Origin: Azolla caroliniana
Taxonomy: Eukaryota > Plantae > Polypodiophyta
Assembly: GCA_043228905.1 (NCBI GenBank)
Contig: JBHGNT010000001.1
Location: forward strand, 36,146,001-36,210,000
DNA length: 64,000 bases
Reading direction: 5' to 3'
The notes under the pieces were generated by a model. That model ran no database searches, was not told the origin of the DNA, and saw only the letters and a program-made list of their open reading frames with translations. A program made the translations under genes and the position numbers. This document shows positions 57,900 to 64,000 of this stretch, one piece after another (position 1 is the first letter of the stretch; every line of letters begins with the position of its first letter).

Positions 57900-60022
57900 A
57901 AATCCTCTCGGTTTTCGGAACCGAGGGAGTCGCGGTTACGTTCGTGGTTCGGCCGTACCGTCAGAAACTGGACCGAATGGCGCCCGTCTTGGCTTTTGAC
58001 CCTTGCGTAGGCCGAACCATTGTCCAGCACCTTGGTCTCCATTCGCGCCGCCGTGATGTACGGCTCTCCCAGTATGACCGGATGCGAAGACGTCTCCTGC
58101 ACGAAGAAGTGCTGGTCAATCTCGACGTCGTCGATCTTGACTCGCACATTCGGACAGGCCCCGTGCAGTTCCTCGGTGGCGCGCGTTGCTGCCCTTATTT
58201 TCCACCCGTGCTTGGTGTTGATCGGCCATTTGCCCTTCTTATAGAAGTCCATGGACATCAAATTGATCTCCGATCCGTGGTCCACCAAAGCTATCACCGG
58301 TTCCTGGACATCGCCGATCTTCACCGGGGTTTCCGTGGTCGCTCGGGCCCAGTGTGGTCTCGAATAGTGGCTTTCCGCCCGCTCGTCTCCCAGCGCCATG
58401 TCGTCTAGGTGCGTCGTCCGCACTTCCACCGGTCTTTCCGGTTCTGTCTCCGTTGACAGCCTCTTCCGTTTCACCAAGTCCACGATGGAGTCGTGGAACT
58501 CCTTCTTGGCGATTCCCAGCACCTCTCGTAACGACAGCTCCACCTTGCTGTCGAGGATCCGTTCCTCCAGGACCTTTCGTAAGTCCGTGGTCCTTTCTAT
58601 CTCCGTCCCCAGACGGTACCCGCCCTTCTGGGGTTTATCTTGCGTACCGGCCCCGCCGGCTTCGTCCCGTCGTGGCCCGGACCGGGTCTCGTATCGTTGT
58701 GAGGGCCCGGTCATCCCGGGTTTCCCCACCCGCTTCTCTTCCACCAGAGCCTCGTAGTTCCGGCAAGCGGCTTCCACGAAGCCCGTCTTTTCCTCGACCG
58801 GGTCGCTCCACCCGGTCATCTCCCGTACCCGTTTCTCCGCACGGTCCGATTCCTCCCTTTTAAGCCCTGCACCGGCAAGGCCTTCTAGCATCGTCGGCCA
58901 GAATCCGGCTTTGCTTTCCTTTCGGGCCTCGCCGCCCCCGACTCGAATGCCGGCCGACGCCGAGTAGTGGACGGTTTCCGCGTGTCGGGCCGCCGCCTCT
59001 TCCATCAACCTTTTCATACCACCTCGCCCGTCGTTTCGGCTCAGGGCCCTTCGGGTGTCGCTGGCATGCACCCGTCCTTCCCACAGGTACACCACCCTGT
59101 TCCTCAGCGCCTCCGCGAAGTCGCCGCAGTCCTTCCGAATGTGGCCGACTTCATCGCACCACATGCACCTGTTTCCTGCCGCCGGCCGTCGGTCACGAGC
59201 CGGTTCGCCTCCTTCCCTTCGGGCCTGCGCGATTTGGAGGTCCTTTATCGCCTTCGTCAATTCCTCCAGCGCCGCTCCTCCGGTTGAGCCACTGACTACG
59301 CCGGTCGAAGCCGAACCAGTTTCCAACCATTCTCGGGTCTCTTCCTTTCGCACCTGTGGCGCTGGTTCGAGCTTCCTTGCTGCGACCGAGCCCGACCCGG
59401 TTGCCCCGTTATCCGCCCATTCTCGCCGTTTGTCGAAACGGCCACAGACCTTCCTGACAGCCGCCCAGTCGGTAGTGAGCCCGTCTTCGGTTTCCAGCAA
59501 GAGGCCCACTTGCTCCCGATCCCGCTCGTCGACCGACTTGACAAACAGCAAGACCCGGCTCGTGTCCAGGATGGTTCGGTCGAGCGCCGAAAGGCGCGCA
59601 AAGTTTTCCTCGAACTCCCGGAGGAGCGCCGACGCGTTTCTTCCCTTCCCCGAGGATTCCACCCATTCCATGAACCTTCGCTTCGAAAGCCGGAGCGCGT
59701 CGTCCAGCCCGTATTTCTCTAGGAGCCGACCTTCGAACTCCTCCCAGGTACGGCTCTCCGCCCGCACCTCGAGCACCTCCGCATGGATGCTCGGCATTGC
59801 CACTCGGGGAAATCCGGCAAGACGCCTTTCTTCCGGAATGTCCCGCATCAGCATTTCTGCACCGTAGGACGCCAGATACTTCGTGGCATCCCTCCCATCG
59901 AACCGGCCGATCGTGCCGACGACCGCCTCAATAGCTCTGTCGAGGGCACCGGTGCCCTCGCGCGCGTTTACAATCCGATCCACGGCCGAAGCCATGGCCT
60001 CTGCGAGATCCGACCCCCTCAT
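57896..60022 (-). CDS. gag: Gypsy Gag-protease polyprotein
   Basis: ORF-track start is GTG 60049; first ATG is 60022. CCHC knuckle CMWCDEVGHIRKDC; retropepsin ALVDHGSEIN...VILGEP; ends REDF*. Confidence 0.93.
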   Translation of the reverse strand: MRGSDLAEAMASAVDRIVNAREGTGALDRAIEAVVGTIGRFDGRDATKYLASYGAEMLMRDIPEERRLAGFPRVAMPSIHAEVLEVRAESRTWEEFEGRLLEKYGLDDALRLSKRRFMEWVESSGKGRNASALLREFEENFARLSALDRTILDTSRVLLFVKSVDERDREQVGLLLETEDGLTTDWAAVRKVCGRFDKRREWADNGATGSGSVAARKLEPAPQVRKEETREWLETGSASTGVVSGSTGGAALEELTKAIKDLQIAQARREGGEPARDRRPAAGNRCMWCDEVGHIRKDCGDFAEALRNRVVYLWEGRVHASDTRRALSRNDGRGGMKRLMEEAAARHAETVHYSASAGIRVGGGEARKESKAGFWPTMLEGLAGAGLKREESDRAEKRVREMTGWSDPVEEKTGFVEAACRNYEALVEEKRVGKPGMTGPSQRYETRSGPRRDEAGGAGTQDKPQKGGYRLGTEIERTTDLRKVLEERILDSKVELSLREVLGIAKKEFHDSIVDLVKRKRLSTETEPERPVEVRTTHLDDMALGDERAESHYSRPHWARATTETPVKIGDVQEPVIALVDHGSEINLMSMDFYKKGKWPINTKHGWKIRAATRATEELHGACPNVRVKIDDVEIDQHFFVQETSSHPVILGEPYITAARMETKVLDNGSAYARVKSQDGRHSVQFLTVRPNHERNRDSLGSENREDF

Positions 60023-60044
60023 CTTCTGCTCTTCTGCCGCCTCT

Positions 60045-60062
60045 TTCACGTCGGGTTCACCA
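60045..60062 (-). other. Primer binding site complementary to tRNA-Trp
   Basis: Plus strand TTCACGTCGGGTTCACCA equals, from recall, the 3' 18 nt (incl. CCA) of plant cytosolic tRNA-Trp(CCA); 4 nt from the 5' LTR. Confidence 0.85.
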
Positions 60063-60066
60063 AAGA

Positions 60067-60857
60067 TGTCGAGTTATTACGCAAGTGCGTGTGGAAACGA
60101 GGCGGGACCGCGGGGGTCTCGAACCAAAGAGCAAGCAAGGGAGGAGAGAGAGAGAGAACCGGCTACGCAGGACCGGGGATGCACAGGGACACGGCCCTTT
60201 AGCACTGAGAACGCGAACGAACACCGACACAGACAGATGCGAATGACTAAATATATGTATTAAGAATGGCTAACACGACTACAACCCTCGGTGGGGCACA
60301 GGTTGGTTACAACCGAGCAGGCCGGCGAACAGATGCCGATGCCTGTTCGCTTCGACGCACAAAGGGGGTAGCCGGTCGGAGGTGCTGCCGGAAGCACTCG
60401 GGCGTTCCTCGAAACAGCGCGAGCCTCCTCGGAACCCTGCACAGAAAGCTATGGAGCTCAAGAAGGAAGGAAGCAGAGAGAGAAGCGTCCAGAAACGGTC
60501 CGGCAGCACTTCGTCCTCTCCGCCCGATATATCTGCAACAACTCTTTCCTGCTCCTTATATAGGCCGACGAGCAGGCCGTCATGTCAGCTCTATTCCCTG
60601 TCCCTTTTGGGACAGGGATCCGCTTCGTCCTTCACGCATCCGCGTAGTTACGCCGCCGACTCGTACAGTCCCTTCGCTCGCGCGCGCGACCGAAAAGACT
60701 GTTCGCGCGGTCTTTGTCTCCACTCGTGTTAGGGCCCGTTCCCGCCGATTATCCTCCTAATTCGCTTCTATGTACAACTCGGAGCGTGCGCGCGTGAAGA
60801 ACCGGTTCCCACGCCTTGGTGCACCGATTCCGCCTATGGACGGTTTTCTTCACGACA
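60067..60857 (-). repeat. Gypsy 5' LTR (TATATAA at 60556-60562 on the minus strand)
   Basis: Direct repeat of 53555-54345, adjacent to the PBS. Confidence 0.97.
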
Positions 60858-61006
60858 ACGTGGAAAACCCTGAGAGGGAAAAGCCACGGGAGCCCACAGA
60901 CTCCAAACCATCACTATGTCAAAAGAATACAACAAAGGGGCACAGAGGCAACGACCTCGTGCTCACTCTCTTCGCCTGGCGGCGGTTACAACAGAGAATC
61001 ACATTG

Positions 61007-61046
<40 letters not shown>

Positions 61047-63727
61047 ACGCTCTGTATAACAGTTACTCATACAATAACTCTATACAACGATAATGACAAC
61101 AACCATTGTATACACTCTGTTTGCCCTAGGTCATATTTATACTAATATGACTTTAGGACTATTTACAGATATAGCCCCAATGGGCTCTCAAAAACATATT
61201 TCCATATGTTAAGAATTAGGTAAGTAATTAAGGGTTAATTAGTATCTAATTATGTGATTAAGTTAAGCGGAAGATTAAGTGATATGTGTGTGGATGTGTG
61301 TGAGAGAGGAAGAGAGAGAGAAGTACACTTATGAACATAAAAACAAGATGGGGGATGATAAAGTATATTAAAAGGTAAATATCATCAACTATCATCCAAT
61401 ACAAAAATACCTTCAATGAGGTATATATAGGTTTCATGTGCAAGGGTGCACATGTGCTAGGAGAATATAGGTACGATGTGTAAGTCCTATATTAAATGAG
61501 CATGGAGTGGTGGATCTACAATGTATGCCACTCGAGTACAAAATCCTATTTAAGGCTTTATGGTCAACACACTAACTAGATTCTATCTAGGTAACTACTA
61601 AGTTACATGTGTTGACTAACTAACTAAACTAAGTTGAGCTTGATCTCTCAACACGCCCCCTCAAGCTCAAGTGTGAGGCGTCCGACACCCGACATTGTTT
61701 TCGGCGTTGTCTGACTTTTGATGTCAGCTTCTATGCGGCTTCCGTCCAGCCTTCGGCTTTGTTCGCCGTGGCAATCTCGAGTCCTCCCCCTCAAATCGGT
61801 GAGGAAGGCTTGTAGCATGTGGGTGAAGGTCGACTACTTCCACCCATCGTGGGTTACGAACCGCTTCGGTGGAGCTCTTGAGCTCTTGTTCATCCACTAC
61901 CTTCATTGTGAAGGCGTAATGATGAGCCATATACTCGTTGTAGTCGAGCCAACTGACGGGATTCTTCTATCTAGAAGAGCGTCGAAGTTTTTCGCTCGCT
62001 GATGTGAGTGCCTTTTTTACTCCGGGTGTCTGCATGATGGGTACACCAAACTCACTGTCTAGTGAGGGAGCCGATCCATTCGAATCATTGTCGTCGGGGT
62101 GGTCGACTTCGTATTTGGGCATCTTACCTTTGCCTTTGTCCAAGTTCGTACTTGGCAGCGATGTGCTTGGGTCACGTGGAGATTCTTGTGGGCCACTAAG
62201 CTCGATCGTAATCGGACTTTCTTCGTTCATATGCGCGAGTTGATCTTCGGCTTCTACCTCTTGTTCGGCGTAATCCGCATCGAGCGTAGTCAATGTCGAA
62301 CAGGTCTTTGGTGCGTACCAGGATGCGTATTTGTCGAAGACTACGTCTCGACTTACGCAAACTTCTCGCATCGACGGGTTGTAGCACTTGTACGCCTTCT
62401 TCTCGGACGAGTATCCTATGAGGATACATTCCTCCGACTTCGCGTCGCGCTTCTATCATTGTTCATTCGGGATGCGTACATTCGCAATGCTTCCGAACAC
62501 CTTGACGTGCAACAGGATCGGCTTCATTCGGAAGAGGAGCTCGTATGGAGTTAGCTCATGGAATCCATTGGTGGTGCATTGATTCATGAGATAGACGGCC
62601 GTGGATGCCACTTCGGCCCAATAGAAGTTCAGGATGTCCTTCTCATGCATCATGGCGCGTGCTACCTTGTTTATTTGCCGATTTTTCCTTTCGGCGACTT
62701 CATTTTGTTGGGGTGTGTGTCGGCATGATAATTCTATCCGAAGGCCTTCACTTTGGAGGTAGGAGGTGAATTCGTTGGAGAAGTACTCCTTTCTCCATCT
62801 GATCGTAGGCATCGAATGTGCCGACCGGTTTCTCTTTCAACTTGACGCTTGAGCTTTTAGAAGTGGGAGAACACTTCACTCTTCTTCTTCATCGGGTAGA
62901 TGCACGCGTAGCGCGAGTGGTCGTCGATGAAGGTTATGTAGTATCAGCATCCGCCGATTGTCGGCGTTTGAGTCGGTCCCCATACATCCGAGTGTATGAC
63001 GTCAAGGAGGCCTTTGCTCGCGTGGCTCTCCTTCGAGAATGGGAGTCGATGTTGTTTGTCGAGGTGACACACTTCGCATACTCGGTCGACTCGTTTCGAC
63101 TCGAATGTCAGAAGTCCGATGACGACTCCCTTCGTTTGCATCGCTCGAAGCCGTTGGAGGTTTATGTGGCCAATTCTCTTGTGCCACAACTTGATGCTAG
63201 TCTCGGTTTTGAGACCTTTGGCGTACCTTGCCGATTTCACGTCGTTCGAATCGAGGATGAACATTCGGCCGTCTCTCCGCCCTTTCGCTATGAGTCAGCC
63301 ATCTTTCTCGATGAAACAACCTTCGTTGTTGAAGCGGACTTGAATGCCTTGCTCCATGATTTGGCCGACCAAGACCAAATTCTTCGTTATTGTAGGCACG
63401 TGCAAGACATTCTTGATGCAAGTTTGCTTGCCTTCTTTCCCGAATGGGACATTGCCGATGTGCCGAATGGGGTGCGTGGTGTCGTCTCCCGTCTCTATGA
63501 AGTCGGGTCGATCCGGCATTCGTAAATCACGAAACCACTCTTCGTGAGATGTCATGTGATGTGAGGCGCCGGAATTGACGAACCACACGTCTTCCGAGTT
63601 GGAGGTGCTTGCGGAGTTGGAGGCCGTCATAGAGTTCAATCTATGCCTTGTTACGAATAGTCCGTCGTAATCATTGTATTCGGAGTTGACGACGTAATTC
63701 GTGTGTTGTCGCCTTGTTGAAGCCGAC

Positions 63728-64000
63728 TGTTGAGAATCAAGCTCAACTTGGTCTAGTGTGTGAACTCACCTTGAGAGTGAAGAGACACTCCAACGATCAA
63801 GAGTCACCATTATGTCACCACTTTGTATTCTAGCATTTAGTATGAGTCATAGATTCATATTCTATGACACATAACTTATGAGCTTTCACATTCCCCATGC
63901 TCCATGAGTCTTGTAGTTAATGAAGAGAGAGGGTGACTACATAAAGCACCCTCCTCCCACCTTGTATAGTGTTGAGTCTTTCTCCTTTGTCAATATACTT
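63728..64000 (+). mobile_element. Start of another Copia-type LTR inserted in opposite orientation (runs off the window)
   Basis: TGTTGAGAATCAAGCTCAACTT is almost the exact reverse complement of the Copia LTR terminus at 61631-61653; GC-rich coding sequence switches abruptly to AT-rich sequence at this point. Confidence 0.75.

Larger units (their letters stand above)
53555..60857 (-). mobile_element. Full-length, apparently intact Ty3/Gypsy LTR retrotransposon (7303 bp), non-chromovirus type
   Basis: Two 791-bp TG..CA LTRs with 3 differences seen, ACGT TSD, PBS, PPT, and uninterrupted gag-PR and RT-RH-INT ORFs in Gypsy domain order; no chromodomain. Confidence 0.97.
53463..63727 (-). mobile_element. 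Degenerate Ty1/Copia element lacking RT/RNase H; its 3' LTR (53463-61653) is split by the Gypsy insertion
   Basis: Minus-strand protease (VWFVNSGASHHMT), GAG-pre-integrase (LWHKRIGHIN) and integrase (IHSDVWGP, TPQQNEVAERKNR, FYWAEVASTAVYL, VSRDVVFD). PPT ttgagggggcg abuts ...CTCAACA at 61653. The LTR appears to start TGTTAGA at 53463 and continues across the Gypsy TSD (..gttaacgt|ggaaaaccc..). The left LTR boundary is inferred. Confidence 0.8.

Noticed and set aside
60045-60062. tRNA gene
   Set aside because: Only the 18-nt 3' end is present, as a retroelement PBS; there is no cloverleaf.
53754-60760. Many plus-strand ORFs in the Gypsy element (e.g. 57190-57999, 59055-59867, 164-aa LTR ORFs)
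   Set aside because: Expected antisense and shadow ORFs in GC-rich coding DNA; no domains recognised.

Overview
Eukaryotic land-plant nuclear DNA; a seed-free plant such as a fern is an inference from the TE types and gene style. Bases 1-44 kb are AT-rich and gene-dense with spliced genes: the 3' end of GDP-mannose 3',5'-epimerase, mitochondrial chaperonin-60 (17 exons), a CASP-like protein, an MBS1-like zinc finger, SF3B5, cytosolic HSP70 and a DUF639 protein. Tandem duplications and minisatellites are scattered between them. Bases 48-64 kb are a stack of transposable elements: two L1-type LINE copies, a solo LTR, a PLS-PPR pseudogene, and an internally deleted Copia. The Copia 3' LTR is interrupted by a young, intact, GC-rich Ty3/Gypsy element (53555-60857), and another LTR starts at 63728. 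The most notable signal is in the Gypsy element: a canonical-looking -1 ribosomal frameshift cassette (G GAU UUU, 6-nt spacer, predicted H-type pseudoknot) joins Gag-PR to RT-RH-INT. The element also has a tRNA-Trp primer site and a 4-bp CpG-centred target duplication like that of a related solo LTR. No CRISPR array, rRNA gene or tRNA gene was found. All calls come from reading the sequence by eye; no searches were run.
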